A stretch of 63,418 nucleotides of DNA, counting the filler, from Aduncisulcus paluster (lineage: Eukaryota), in NCBI GenBank assembly GCA_024181965.1. It is 12 parts of 12 records of this genome, joined end to end, with 100 filler letters (N's around TTAATTAATTAA, not from the genome) between each part and the next. Parts side by side here need not be neighbours in the genome. Positions count along the whole stretch, not along the records: positions 1 to 23,258 come from BQXS01000484.1; 11 more parts are not named here. The stretch is one strand, 5' to 3'. Both the position numbers and the translations under genes were made by a program. Every line of letters starts with the position of its first letter. Position 1 is the stretch's first letter. The notes under the pieces are model-generated. The model did no database searches, had not been told where the DNA came from, and worked only from the letters and a program-made list of their open reading frames with translations. Shown here piece by piece: positions 10,255-23,358 of this stretch.

Positions 10255-12453
10255 ATGAAGGTCAAAATTGAAAGGTGTATTTCTCCAGAAGCTGTTAAGA
10301 TGTTTCTTCTTGGCAAAAAAGTCCGATTAAATGATTATTTGACACTTCCTTGGGGTAAGGAGATTCAAATCATTGAATTGGATGGCTTTGATGAAGAAGA
10401 ATTAATTACAGTTGATACCAATATTATTTTTGAACAAAGTGACGATTTAGTTAGATCCGATAACCCTAAAGAAGAGCGGGTAACTTTATTAACTGAACCT
10501 TTTGTCGGATATGATGAAATAGTGGAAGAAATTTCATTATTTCTCGATTTAGCTTGTTTAAATCGGGATAAATGTCATGAATTGGGAGTTTTACCGCCCC
10601 GTGGTCTCCTAGTAAGTGGTCCTTCTGGTGTTGGAAAGAAATCTGCCGTTTTCGCTGCTGCCGAGAAAGTACAAGTGCACCCACTTATTATATCCCCAGA
10701 TATGCTTGCTAAAAGTGGTGTGGGAGAGGCAGAAGAGGAGTTAAGATCTATTTTTTCTTCCGCGAAAGAAGCGCTTGTTCCAACCTTCATTGTAATTTCT
10801 CAGACAGAATCGATATTTTCTCAGCGTGACTCTCTTTCAACCTCGTCTTCTTCGTCACATTCCCGACTTGTTGCCCAAATGCTCACTCTTTTGGATGGAA
10901 TTGATGTGAAAAAGAAAGGAAGAGAGGGAAGTATTTGTATTATTGCAATTTGTGAAGATGGAGAAAAAATTGATGCTGCTCTTAGACGACCTGGAAGACT
11001 TGATTGGGAAGTAGAAATGAATCTGCCAAATCAAACCCAAAGAGAGGTCATTTTCCGTCATTTTCTTGTCTCAGAAAAGGATAAACCGGCAAGAAAAGAT
11101 GACACATGTGCTCTATTGGCCCGGTATTCGGCTGGATTCTCACCCTCTGACATTCGTATTGCCTGTGATGTATGTGAAGGGTTAGAAGGGATGCCTGCCG
11201 TTCGAGAAATGCGCAAAAAAGTCCATGTACGTGGTATTGGGGAAGGAAGAGGCCATGAGACGAAGAAGACCCGTATTCAAGAAATGGTTGGAGTTTGTGG
11301 ATTACCGAACAATACGGCTGAAGCTGAAAAGAAGGGGGGAAAACAGCAATGGAAAGAAACGGAGAAACCTCCTGAAAAATGGCATATCATTGAATCATTT
11401 TTACCTTCAACAGACAGTAGTGTTTGCAAAAGTTCCGAAGAATTGTTTGGGTCTAAAACCAAACCATCTGTCGATTTCAAATCCACAAACAAATCCCCCG
11501 CTACTTCTCATTTTATGTCGATTGTTGATACCATCCTGCGACCTTTACTCGATGATATGGGTAGTATAGTTCAGGATAGTGTAACAACCCATGCTTCCTC
11601 ACGAGATACCCTAGGAGATCCACGAGATACCCTAGGAGATCCATCCACATCGCAAGTGGCTGAATGTCCTTCTTCTTCTCGATCGGTCATTCCTTCCTTC
11701 TCTCTGTCTGGATGTTTGTTATACGGTCCAAGTGGATGTGGGAAGAGTATGTTAGCACGATGTATCAAGACAGCCACCTCCGGAATGGTTGCTTTCTTTA
11801 CTGTAAATGGCCCGGAGCTCATATCTCCCTACGTGGGTCAGACCGAGGCCAATATCCGTGCTTTATTCAGCAAAGCTCGGCGTCACTCTCCAAGTATTAT
11901 CTTCCTTGATCAGATTGATAGTTTCTGCATGGACCGTGTGGGATCATCAGCTGGCGGTGCTGGGGTGGGAAGTCGGATTGTGGGAACCCTGTTAACTGAA
12001 ATGGATGGCATTGCCACTCGTGGAGGTGTTGTTGTGATCGCCGCATGCAACCACCCCTGGGATATAGATAAAGCATTGATTCGTCCTGGTCGTCTGGATC
12101 TTCATCTTTATTGCCGTGCTCCAGACTATTTTGAGAGGAAAACACTAATTACTCGGATGATCGGGACTACTGATTCATTATCTTCAGGAGATTCAAATGT
12201 TATCAATGAGATTGTCGAGAAAACGGATAAATTCAGTTACGCCGGCATTGTCGGGCTTTGTGAGGCAGCATTGAGACAGCGATTGGATCGTTGTTTACAT
12301 TTAGAAGAGATTTCAGGTGGAAAACCAATCGATCCTGAAAAATCTTGTGTTATTTTGGAAGATTTTGGCACTGGATTGCATGGTTTTAGAAAGAGTATTG
12401 ATAGTGTTGATGTAGAAATGTGGGAAGATTGGGAAGGAATCAATACTTCTTGA
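10255..12453 (+). CDS. CDC48/AFG2(SPATA5)-family double AAA-domain protein
   Basis: D1 has PPRGLLVSGPSGVGK, LVAQMLTLLDG and RRPGRLD. D2 has LLYGPSGCGKS, GPELISPYVGQTEANIR, LLTEMDG and IRPGRLD. First ATG is at 10255 (the ORF is open from 10213). Confidence 0.9.
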   Translation: MKVKIERCISPEAVKMFLLGKKVRLNDYLTLPWGKEIQIIELDGFDEEELITVDTNIIFEQSDDLVRSDNPKEERVTLLTEPFVGYDEIVEEISLFLDLACLNRDKCHELGVLPPRGLLVSGPSGVGKKSAVFAAAEKVQVHPLIISPDMLAKSGVGEAEEELRSIFSSAKEALVPTFIVISQTESIFSQRDSLSTSSSSSHSRLVAQMLTLLDGIDVKKKGREGSICIIAICEDGEKIDAALRRPGRLDWEVEMNLPNQTQREVIFRHFLVSEKDKPARKDDTCALLARYSAGFSPSDIRIACDVCEGLEGMPAVREMRKKVHVRGIGEGRGHETKKTRIQEMVGVCGLPNNTAEAEKKGGKQQWKETEKPPEKWHIIESFLPSTDSSVCKSSEELFGSKTKPSVDFKSTNKSPATSHFMSIVDTILRPLLDDMGSIVQDSVTTHASSRDTLGDPRDTLGDPSTSQVAECPSSSRSVIPSFSLSGCLLYGPSGCGKSMLARCIKTATSGMVAFFTVNGPELISPYVGQTEANIRALFSKARRHSPSIIFLDQIDSFCMDRVGSSAGGAGVGSRIVGTLLTEMDGIATRGGVVVIAACNHPWDIDKALIRPGRLDLHLYCRAPDYFERKTLITRMIGTTDSLSSGDSNVINEIVEKTDKFSYAGIVGLCEAALRQRLDRCLHLEEISGGKPIDPEKSCVILEDFGTGLHGFRKSIDSVDVEMWEDWEGINTS

Positions 12454-13012
12454 TGCGTCATAATTTATGATTTACATTGAGTTTGACCTTTCCAATATTG
12501 GAACTATTGTTTCCCTGTGGAACATCTTTTGAACCAACTTACAAATATGTTTAATTATTCAAGACCTTTCCGCATTGATGTATGATCTTTGAAGTCAGGA
12601 CTCCTATATATAAACAATGATTTTACTATAATGAGTGGGACTAGAAAAAAGTGTTTGGCAAAAGTGTATATTCATGTCTATCTTTTGAGTCCAAAGAATT
12701 ATCATATCCCAATATTTCAGGTAGAAATATCAGATAATTGATCTCTTCAATTTCATGCGATAGAATTTCAAAGAGATAAGCATAGAAAGAATACAAAAAA
12801 CATGAATATGAGAAAAGAAAAGGGAACCTTAAGCTTTTAACCAAAACAACAACACGCCATAACATTAAATATGAATACAAAAAAAAAATCAGGTTCTAAA
12901 TCGAAATATTTCCAGAATGCCAATAAAAAAAATAGATAGAAAACAATATAAATGAAACAAAAATAGAATTGGTTGGTCGGATTTATAATTATTTTATATT
13001 GTTAGAAATTTC

Positions 13013-16000
13013 TCACTCTTCAAAAGCTACTTCGCCTCCTTCAGATTCTCCACTGACACTTTCAGTTTCAGTGTCACTTTCCTCTTCCTCCTCTTCCTCC
13101 TCTTCCTCTTCCATCATTTCTGAAGTCTCATCATAGTCGCCATCATCATCAATATCGTCAATTGATATACTTTCAGGCGTATCAATGACACTGCTTACCT
13201 GGATTTCAGTTATTTCCCCTTCTTCTTTCTTCTTCTCCACTTCAAAAANNNNNNNNNNNNNNNNNNNNGTTGGTCGGATTTATAATTATTTTATATTGTT
13301 AGAAATTTCTCACTCTTCAAAAGCTACTTCGCCTCCTTCAGATTCTCCACTGACACTTTCAGTTTCAGTGTCACTTTCCTCTTCCTCCTCTTCCTCCTCT
13401 TCCTCTTCCATCATTTCTGAAGTCTCATCATAGTCGCCATCATCATCAATATCGTCAATTGATATACTTTCAGGCGTATCAATGACACTGCTTACCTGGA
13501 TTTCAGTTATTTCCCCTTCTTCTTTCTTCTTCTCCACTTCAAAAAGCATCAGCAGCTTTCGAGCAGCACCACGAATTTCACCTCCAGTTTCATCTGCCCT
13601 GTGGCATGAACAACATGACCATGTGGGAGCAAGAACAACCTTCAATTTCGAACGAGTGGGAAGGGTCATTGTGGTTTGGGTTGCAAACCCAACACTGCGA
13701 ATTGCACTCACACCAAAGTCCATGGTTTCAGCTCCTGTATTCTTGTCTTTCGTAGTCATATAAGCCATTAATGAATCTGTATTGGTTGATCTTGAATGAT
13801 CTTGGATCAAAAACTCGCCTCTCTCAATTTCAGCCAAAATATCTCGCTCTCCTTCAGTCTTTCTGAAAACAGCATCATGGAGTGATTGTGCTATTTCCCT
13901 GTCAGAAGAACTATCTGAAGCTTCAATTTCAGAAACGGTAGCAGTTTCCGATTTCTTTTTCTTGAAACCTTCAAACCAACTCGCTTTCCTTGAAGAACTT
14001 GCTTCTCCAACAGAGCCAGATACTGAACTTCCCCGTTGCTGCTCTTCCATTTTCTTCTTCACTATCATTTGATGATAGATCTCTCTTTGCTTTGCGGTCA
14101 AATCACGGCATACTTCTGCCTCGGAAACTGCAGCTTCACAACCCTTTTCTCCTTCAAGAGCACTGTAAGGAGTGGTAAGTTCTTCTTCGCTCAATAAACT
14201 GACTTCGCTTGTTTCATCGTATCCCCTAAGTTCATCCAATCGTCCTTGTGGGAACATTTTCTGATCTGTCGTACCACTGGTAGCACCACTAAGAAGACCA
14301 CTGCCAATAGCACCACTTTCATCCCGGGCCACATACATAGCTCCATCTTCAAACACTCTATCACCTTCTTGCACCTGCTGAGGAGAATCAAAGAAGTGGA
14401 TCATGTGTTCACTTTGTTCGCTAGTTTGAACGAAACTCTCTCTTGATGCATCAAATGAGAGAACAGGATTATCAGGATTCTCAGCTTCTTGTTTGACCTT
14501 TTCAGATCCGAACCATCCAATAACATTTTTGAATAGTCCTCTCTTTTCTCCCTTACTTGTGTTTGTGAAGACATGGGTTCCAGAGGATGTCGAGATTCTT
14601 GATAACGAATCCTCAGCAACACTACCAGGTGCAGTCATGGGGATACCTGATTGGGAATGAATGGAAGAGGCACTTGAAGTTCGCGTTATTCTCTTTTCCT
14701 GTTTAGCTTGGTTTTTCATGTATTTATGGAGTTCTCTGTGACGTTCCTCAATCAACTTCCGTTTTGTCTTCATGCGCTTGAGTTCGTGCTTTTCTTCTTC
14801 TTCAATTCCCTTGTTAACAATTTGAACCATTCTTTTCACCTTCACACAACGTGCAATGATACATCCAATGAAGATAAATAAGCATATTATTGAGAGGAAA
14901 GAAGCTACAAAGGAAAATAGAGGGACAAAATGTCCCAACGCAAATACTTGAGTTGATTCTACTTCTTCAAGAATTATAATATCAAGAGATGGCATGTTTG
15001 AAATTGAATTCAAAGAAGCATCAGAAGCAGAAGGAGTAAGACGATTGTTAACAACATATTGGTGGAATTCATCGGGAACATTGGGTTCCAAATTGAAAGC
15101 GAAGTACATAATTTGATCAAATCCCAATTTATAATAATAATATATTTCACTAAAAGTGGGAATTGAAATGGAAGAAAGGGAACTTGAACTCATTGAAGCC
15201 GAGGAAAGATACAGTTCGACTTCAGTCAAGTTAGAGGCATGAGAAGAAATGGGTGCAATGGATTCAACATTGTTTGAAGCTGAGTCATCTTCTGCTTCTT
15301 CTTCATCTGCTTCTTCTTCTTCTTCTTCTTCTTCTGCTTCTTCTTCTTGGGCATAAATACTTTCATCATGGGTGCTTACGAAAACAACCTCTTCTTTTCC
15401 CCACATTTTTACATCTCCAATTGAAATTGTTGGAATAAGATGGACCGAGAATAGAGCTGGGATAAAGGATAACATTGGAGAAATATATCCAGAAGCAATA
15501 ACAATAGAATCATCATCAGCACCTTGAGGTTCATCCACAGTCTCATCAATAGATACATCGGAGAGTTCTGTGTTAATATGAGTAATATCAAGTTGGACAG
15601 CAAAATCAAGGTCAGTAAAATCTATATCCAAATCAACAATTCCATCTGTTGCAGAAGAATATAGTGATAATTCCTTGGCATTCGATGATAAAATAAGAGG
15701 ACAATCAGTATTAGAACTCTCAACAAGAGAAGATGACACGCCAATTGATGAATCTGAGACCAAACAACCAGCCTTGTCAATACACATTGGATACACAGAT
15801 GAGGCTAGAAGAGGGAAGGCGTATAAGGCAAGATCATCAACAGGAATTGATGACGGAAATGGGTATAAAGTCGAAACTTTATAAACAACTTCAACATCAA
15901 TATCAGAAATCTCACCAATATATTCTTCATTTGCGTCTCCATCAGCTTGACGTTGTATTTCATCAACAGCTCTTGAAATAAGTTCCCGAACAACTTCCGA

Positions 16001-19000
16001 TTCAACACTAATTGAACATGCCACTTCATCCTCGCCATTTCCACCACTACATGTCACCACATCATATCCATCAACAGTTCTAGAATACGAATCACGTTCA
16101 TAAACATCATCAGCAACCTCTGGATCCTCAGTCAATCCCAAAGCTGAACAAACAGAAGACACTCCACTGCTTTTAATATAGGGAATTCGGTACTTAATAT
16201 CGGGTAATGGTGCAGTCTGTTCCGTCAGTCCATCTTTTCGGATGACTTGCTTTTCCCAAGATCCATCTTCTTGCTCCAAAAGATATTCACAAACACCATT
16301 ACACTCGGTAACTGTCGTACGAGGTGCAGTATTGTATGTTGCAGCGTAAAGTTCAGGAGCAGTTGGACTCATCATTGAATTGAAGAAAGCGTATGAAATA
16401 GCGGATGGAACATNNNNNNNNNNNNNNNNNNNNAATACGAATCACGTTCATAAACATCATCAGCAACCTCTGGATCCCCAGTCAATCCCAAAGCTGAACA
16501 AACAGAAGACACTCCACTGCTTTTAATATAGGGAATTCGGTACTTAATATCGGGTAATGGTGCAGTCTGTTCCGTCAGTCCATCTTTTCGGATGACTTGC
16601 TTTTCCCAAGATCCATCTTCTTGCTCCAAAAGATATTCACAAACACCATTACACTCGGTAACTGTCGTACGAGGTGCAGTATTGTATGTTGCAGCGTAAA
16701 GTTCAGGAGCAGTTGGACTCATCATTGAATTGAAGAAAGCGTATGAAATAGCGGATGGAACATATTTCTTATTTGTCACATCGCTCATATCCACAGTTCT
16801 CCAAACGATTGCACGTGTCTTTCCAATGAGATATCCATCACTAATAATGTGATCATGGACATGAGAATGCGGAGTTGTGGCCAATAAAGAAGGCTGGAAC
16901 GAGAAACTTAAATCGACCAATTCTTCAGCCTTTGAAGATGGAGATGAGGCAGCCAATATAGCCAAGGCATCATCATCTAACCAATATTGGATTTCTATGG
17001 ATTCCAATAAGGTATTCATTGAAGATGAGGAGGATGCACCGGATTCGACAAAGATTTGGGCCAAAGAATCACATTGAAAAGCCCATTGGGATCCATCAAT
17101 TCCAGTTGTCTGAGTGTGAACAATTTGATATGAAGAATCGGGTTCGAGAGGAGATTCCCCAATAAAACTTGGCGCATTCCACTCATCTTCAGAATATGCA
17201 ATTTGAGAATCTTCAAACTCAGAACAATGCCCACTACTGAGAAAGAGGCTGTGAATATTCGTAAATATGTTGGTGTCACAGATATAACACTGGGTCGAAG
17301 GCAAAGGTATTTGATTACGGACTAGAGACAAATCATATGAAGAAGCTGAAATGAAAGAAGAAGATGTGAGAGAAGACACACTATCAGCTGGAATAGATTG
17401 AGCAAGAGTACTAGAATACACAGAAATAGACATCGGTTCAGAGGGAAGGAAATATACAGCTCCACCACTCCATATTCCAATAGCTAATGTCTTTTCAGAA
17501 TCACCAACGACAACATCATTTTCAGTTTCATAATCTTCAATGTCTTTAAGCCAATCTGATGGAAAATCAATACCGAAATAGGAATAGCCGATATCTTGAA
17601 GGNNNNNNNNNNNNNNNNNNNNCAGATATAACACTGGGTCGAAGGCAAAGGTATTTGATTACGGACTAGAGACAAATCATATGAAGAAGCTGAAATGAAA
17701 GAAGAAGATGTGAGAGAAGACACACTATCAGCTGGAATAGATTGAGCAAGAGTACTAGAATACACAGAAATAGACATCGGTTCAGAGGGAAGGAAATATA
17801 CAGCTCCACCACTCCATATTCCAATAGCTAATGTCTTTTCAGAATCACCAACGACAACATCATTTTCAGTTTCATAATCTTCAATGTCTTTAAGCCAATC
17901 TGATGGAAAATCAATACCGAAATAGGAATAGCCGATATCTTGAAGGTAGGAACCATGATAAACTTTCCTGATAATTGGAGAAGAAGAATAAACAATGTCA
18001 CCTTCTTCAATTGCAGAAGTGAAATCATCACTATCAGCAAGATATAATGCTTCAGCAATTGATGTTGGAGCTATTGATGCTGGCATTTCGTCTGATAACG
18101 ATTCGAGGATTCTTTCAGCAATCGATAATGTTGTGATAACAATACTAACCGACATATCTCTCGCGACAGTATCTGTCACATCAATAGGAAGGGTAACTTT
18201 GATACCACTAACGTAAGTTGCTGGGAACGAAATAGTCAAAGCATCAGAGTTGCTAACAGTTTCAATAATTGGTCGTGGAAGATGAGGCTTCATCAAAATA
18301 CGAATCTCGGATAGATCCCCGTCGACACCAACATTATCCAGAGATATAAGTTCCATTGGACTTGTTGTTAGATCGTAGGCATCTCCACCAATTGTGAATC
18401 CGCGAGCAGAATCATAGGCAGTAGAAGTGAATGGATCAAGACAGAATTGCTGAAGTTGTAGAATCCAAGTTCCAGCGGGAAGATCCTCAAGATCTGAACT
18501 AATGGCAGACACGATAGTTGAGGGGACCAGAGCAGTATAATTATCATCAGAATTGGGAACTCCAATAGAAAATGATTGGTTGTCAACCGTATGAGTATGA
18601 GTGAATGCAGTATCCAAACACTCTTCAGCATTATCGAGAAGAGAATCGATATCGTCAGAATCTCCGCCATTCCCAGCAAGTTCTACAGCATCTTCCATGT
18701 ATTGTTGGGCCTGATAGTAAAGTTGATTCACCAGGTGTGCAGGAACAGGGTAGAACATGAGATCACATTCCAACGAAGTGCGAGTATTTGAATATATGAT
18801 GGACATAGATTCGTCACACAAGTAGAGAGTCTCCTCGGTCGTTGGAAATGCAGGAACAGTTGCTGTGAGAGGATTGCTAGCAATTGATTGCCTTGTTAGT
18901 TCAAGATTAACAGAGAGTTGAGTCGGATCAGGGAAATATTTTGTTGAAGTGGTGCATCCATCAACAGAGCCTAGTTGTTTGGTGGGTTGATCAAGATCAG

Positions 19001-19427
19001 GGTCTAAGAATGCATATAACTTACAAGAAACATCCGAATAAAATGATCCATCATAGTAAATAGCGGCACAAATAACGGTGCTTTCAGTCAATTCAACGCT
19101 AATATCCTTGGATACAGTTTGAGAGTTCGAGAAAGTAACATCATGAGGATTGAAGTCTAACCCAGTAAGAAGGTCCGTAGAAGATGGCTTATCATCGGCT
19201 TCATCATATGCAGTCATGAGATATTTAATCTGATAATTTAAGAATGTATCTACTGTACACGAAGGACAATAAATATGAAAAGTCAATTGAACTGTTTCTC
19301 CAACTTCATACGCACCTGGATCAGGATGAAAATACAGAGATACTGATGAACAAAAAGAGGAAGTTACGAATATCAAACAAATTGCCAGAAAATACAAAAC
19401 GTTGTTTTTTCTCCAACTTGTTAGCAT
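13013..19427 (-). CDS. Very large (~1800 aa) acidic type-I membrane protein: signal peptide, N-terminal Fn3-associated/chitobiase-C-like domain, one TM helix, long cytosolic tail
   Basis: ORFs 17484-19427, 16372-17634, 13310-16375 and 13013-13240 tile via duplicated overlaps at three N gaps. Signal LYFLAICLIFVTSSFC; TM FSFVASFLSIICLFIFIGCII followed by basic residues. Confidence 0.8.
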
Positions 19428-19642
19428 TTTCTGTGTATTTTTCTTGTGTGATGTAATTCAAACTTGATTTTTAGGAATTTTTAAAACGTATCAAAAAATT
19501 CATTTTTTGGATTGTCAGAGCCAAAAATTCAAAAAAATCAAATGATTGAAATTTTAGCACCAAATGCGCATATAATTTATTATTAAATTAAATTTATCCA
19601 TTTAATAAAAATAAACCTAAAAACAATCCCGCAAAAACCCAT

Positions 19643-20872
19643 TTATTCACGATCTTTACCAATTGGAAATTTTTCGCTTTCATCAAGAGATCCACTCATA
19701 CCTTCTCTATCATCAAGGGAAATTGCATCATCGGCAGTGATTAAACATACATTTACAGCATGATGAGGGGTTGAAACTTTCCCAAGGAATGTATTTACAA
19801 CAACTTCTTCCTCTGACAACTCTTGTTTCCCAGCAGTATCTGAAGAAATTTGAGTCATTGTTTGGGGTGTTTGAAAGTGCATTTTGGCTATTTTTGTTGG
19901 AACTGGCTGGAAAAATGGCGGTTCATAATCATCTGGAGTGTCATCAGTATACGACAATCGCAATTGAATATGTCTCTCCGTTAAAATAGGAGGGAGTCCA
20001 TCCATTATTGAAATCAAAGTTCTGAGAAGAGATACAGTTTCTCCTTTCACAGAAGAACGAGAAAATTCAGCCAAAGCAGGAGATGATCTCGATGAGCGTC
20101 GCTTGCCAGATTTTGCTGATTTCGAGTTTACAACGACATCAATTTTTGGAATATCATCATCGGAATATGTGATAGTCATTGTGTATGCTTCAATCAATGT
20201 TGTTTTATCATCAGGATCTTGATAAATCCCAATTGTCAATTCTTTAAGATATTTTTTTGCAAGGCATGAAAGACACCCTTTTCCAAATACTTAATCATTT
20301 GATGGGTATCATCAGATACAGCCTTCAAAGTTTTGATTTTGGCACCACCAATATTAACTTCTTTAAAGGCATCTTCGGGGAAAATTCCTCTCAAATAACA
20401 AATTGTACTCAACGCTGTCCGAAATAAATTCCTAATTAATGTTAGAGACGAGGTTGAATTTACAACCTTCGATCTGAGAGATGATTTCATAGCCTGTTTC
20501 ATATTTNNNNNNNNNNNNNNNNNNNNCATCGGAATATGTGATAGTCATTGTGTATGCTTCAATCAATGTTGTTTTATCATCAGGATCTTGATAAATCCCA
20601 ATTGTCAATTCTTTAAGATATTTTTTTTGCAAGGCATGAAAGACACCCTTTTCCAAATACTTAATCATTTGATGGGTATCATCAGATACAGCCTTCAAAG
20701 TTTTGATTTTGGCACCACCAATATTAACTTCTTTAAAGGCATCTTCGGGGAAAATTCCTCTCAAATAACAAATTGTACTCAACGCTGTCCGAAATAAATT
20801 CCTAATTAATGTTAGAGACGAGGTTGAATTTACAACCTTCGATCTGAGAGATGATTTCATAGCCTGTTTCAT
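19643..20872 (-). CDS. HOP1: HORMA-domain meiotic protein, Hop1/HORMAD-like (~285 aa)
   Basis: SLTLIRNLFRTALSTICYLRGIFPEDAF, LEKGVFHALQKKYL, EAYTMTITY and YTDDTPDDYEPPFF are HORMAD signatures. The 5' part is duplicated across N 20507-20526, and the T7 vs T8 difference explains the frameshift in one copy. Confidence 0.85.
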
Positions 20873-21278
20873 ATTTATGTATGTATTTCGAATATAACAG
20901 GAACAATGGGATCAAAATGGAGGTTTTGATGTACCTTTTGCTCAAAAAGAGTAACATTATAAATCAGCCAAAATCAAGACAGAAGAATTCCACCATTCTC
21001 AGTTCAGACCAATTTACAATATATATAACTGATTATATCCACAATTCATGATTATGAAATGCTTTTAACACATTTTTATGGCATAAAAAAAAGTTACCCA
21101 CTTAAATTCAAGAGAAAAACTCAAGTTACATTATCTTTAAAATCCAGTCCGTTGGACGAAATGTAGTAATTTTATTATGTCATTATTTAACGTAATTACT
21201 AATATTAAGCTATTATATAGTCAACCAGATTACAATTTGAGGAGATGCAATATTATTCCGAGTTTTCCCGTGAATACA

Positions 21279-22249
21279 ATGTCTCAACATAGAACCATGA
21301 CAGAATTTGATAAATTGGTTGAGCAATATAGACATCTTTGTGATGTATTGGATACTCAAGAAGAAAAAGAATTGGAAGATAAGAAAAAGCTCCTATTCGA
21401 CAAAAGGAAGCGTATGTTGACAATAGTTTTGCTCTAAAAGTTTTTGCAATTGCTCTTTTAACTTCTGATATTTTACAAACATTTATTTTCTTCTCCTTTT
21501 TAGGATCTAGTGATTTTATTAAGAAAACCACGGAAACTATTTTAAAATTAACAATGGAGAAGGATGATATAAAACAGAAAATAGATAAAATAACAAGAAC
21601 AGAAGGAGAAAATTCCTTAGATACTGCTAAATTACAACTGGCATCAGACCTCCGCTCATTGGAAAAAGATATTGATCGAGTCAAACATGATATGGGAAAA
21701 ATGGAAAAAAAATATCGAGAATCTAAACAAAAGAAAAAGGAGGCTGAAAAAGATCTTGGGCATTTCAAGCATTCTCTCGATAAGAAAGAACAGGAGCACC
21801 GAGTTCACCTTAGACAAGTTAAAGATATGATTCAGCAATCATATCTTGAAGAAGTGAGCAAACTCAACCATATCGATGACCTAGAAATGGCTCAATCCAA
21901 AGATAGCCAGAAAGAATCGATCGCCTTGGACGCCGAAATTGCCAGCATTAAATCTCAACGTGCCGTCATTGAATCATGGATCCGTTTATTTACTGGTGCC
22001 AAGGATATTGATATTTTGGTTTCGGAGGATGGAGGATCCGATTCCCAAGATTTCAATTTAGATTATGTTAATCGTAAAACTAAATCTTTGAGATTACAAG
22101 GAACTTATCATTTCCATCTTGAGTTGGGAAAGTATATTATTACCCCTAAAGAAGTAGATCCATCTATTCCGGCAATCTCTTCAACTATCATCGATGAAGA
22201 GAAACTTTTCCCAATGGTCACTGAAATTGCTGATAAATTTGGAGGATAG
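21279..22249 (+). CDS. Coiled-coil protein with an RWD-like C-terminus (Spc25-like candidate); intron 21412-21503
   Basis: A 92-nt GTATGT...TTTTTAG phase-1 intron joins exon 21279-21411 in frame to the 21554-22249 ORF. A long coiled coil is followed by TYHFHLELGKYIITPKEVDPSIP...LFPMVTEIADKF. Confidence 0.65.
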
Positions 22250-23033
22250 TTTACCGTATTTATTATACATATGATCTAGTTTTAATTCTTAAATAGTTTG
22301 TGCCTTGATACAATTATTGAGAAGAATCTGAAGAAATTTCAAAGAAATTTTAGAAATTATCTATTATTTTAACCAAACTCAGTATCAGGATGATCGTGTC
22401 TTTATCAAGGCTACGCATGGCATGATATTCATTCTGGATGTCGATTCTGTGCGTTCAGGTATGGGAAGTATGATGACATGTTCTTATGATATTCACTAAC
22501 AGGGATAAGGTCTAATTTGGAAGATAAATTTCTCTTTCGATCCATCAAAACAATGGAGAATGCACAAATCAACCTTTATGATCTTACAAGTGGAGATCAT
22601 TCTCAACATAACATTAACATCACAATGTAAGCTGTTCTTCAGGTTGTTTGGTTTGAAATAAATATTATTTAAATTTAATTCACTATTTTTATGCTGATTT
22701 ATACACCCATTTTACGCTATTTCATGAAAATTTTCACTCTAAATCACCAATTACCGTTTCCCCTTCTTGAAAATAATATTGTCGCATGATTGTATGTATT
22801 TATTTATTGTATTTTGTCATTATTGTGTTATATATATATCATTGAATGAGTTGTTGTTTTAACAATCATCTGGCCAACTTTTTACTGAACTTATTTTGTA
22901 ATGTCTCCTTGTTTTCACGATTTTCATTTATATTTCATTTTATTGTGACCATCTTATTTTATAATAACGATATTCTCATAACATTTCATTAATATCCTTT
23001 CTTAACTCCTCTAGCCAATGGCCAGTAGCCATC

Positions 23034-23258
23034 ATGGTTGATCCTATCAGGAATCCTGAATTTGTTTGTAGAGAAATTGGAATAGGAGAGTGCCCAATTC
23101 CTCTTGATGATCCCGAACTTGTTAAACCGGACTTTCCAAGTATTACTGGTAGTCTTTATACTACAGATTCTGAAGGAAATACAGAGGATGATAAAGAGCT
23201 TCCAGAGGTGAAGCAAAACATATTTTTCAGGGAATCAAGAATAACGACTTGTTTTCAA
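23034..23258 (+). CDS. 5' fragment of a hypothetical protein (PEF...CPIP.D.P...PDF motif), cut by the contig end
   Basis: ORF runs into the linker. The motif resembles an expanded lineage-specific family as I recall it (unverified). Confidence 0.45.
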
Positions 23259-23358
23259 NNNNNNNNNNNNNNNNNNNNNNNNNNNNNNNNNNNNNNNNNN
23301 NNTTAATTAATTAANNNNNNNNNNNNNNNNNNNNNNNNNNNNNNNNNNNNNNNNNNNN
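23259..23358. other. Artificial contig linker N-TTAATTAATTAA-N
   Basis: The identical six-frame-stop linker also occurs at 24624, 38069, 42261, 43501, 44803, 45984, 47467, 56928, 58129 and 62236. Confidence 0.98.

Noticed and set aside
22390-22660. GTATGG...CACTAACAG intron-like segment and weak C2-domain-like peptides
   Set aside because: I could not build a consistent ORF; at best this is a degraded pseudogene.
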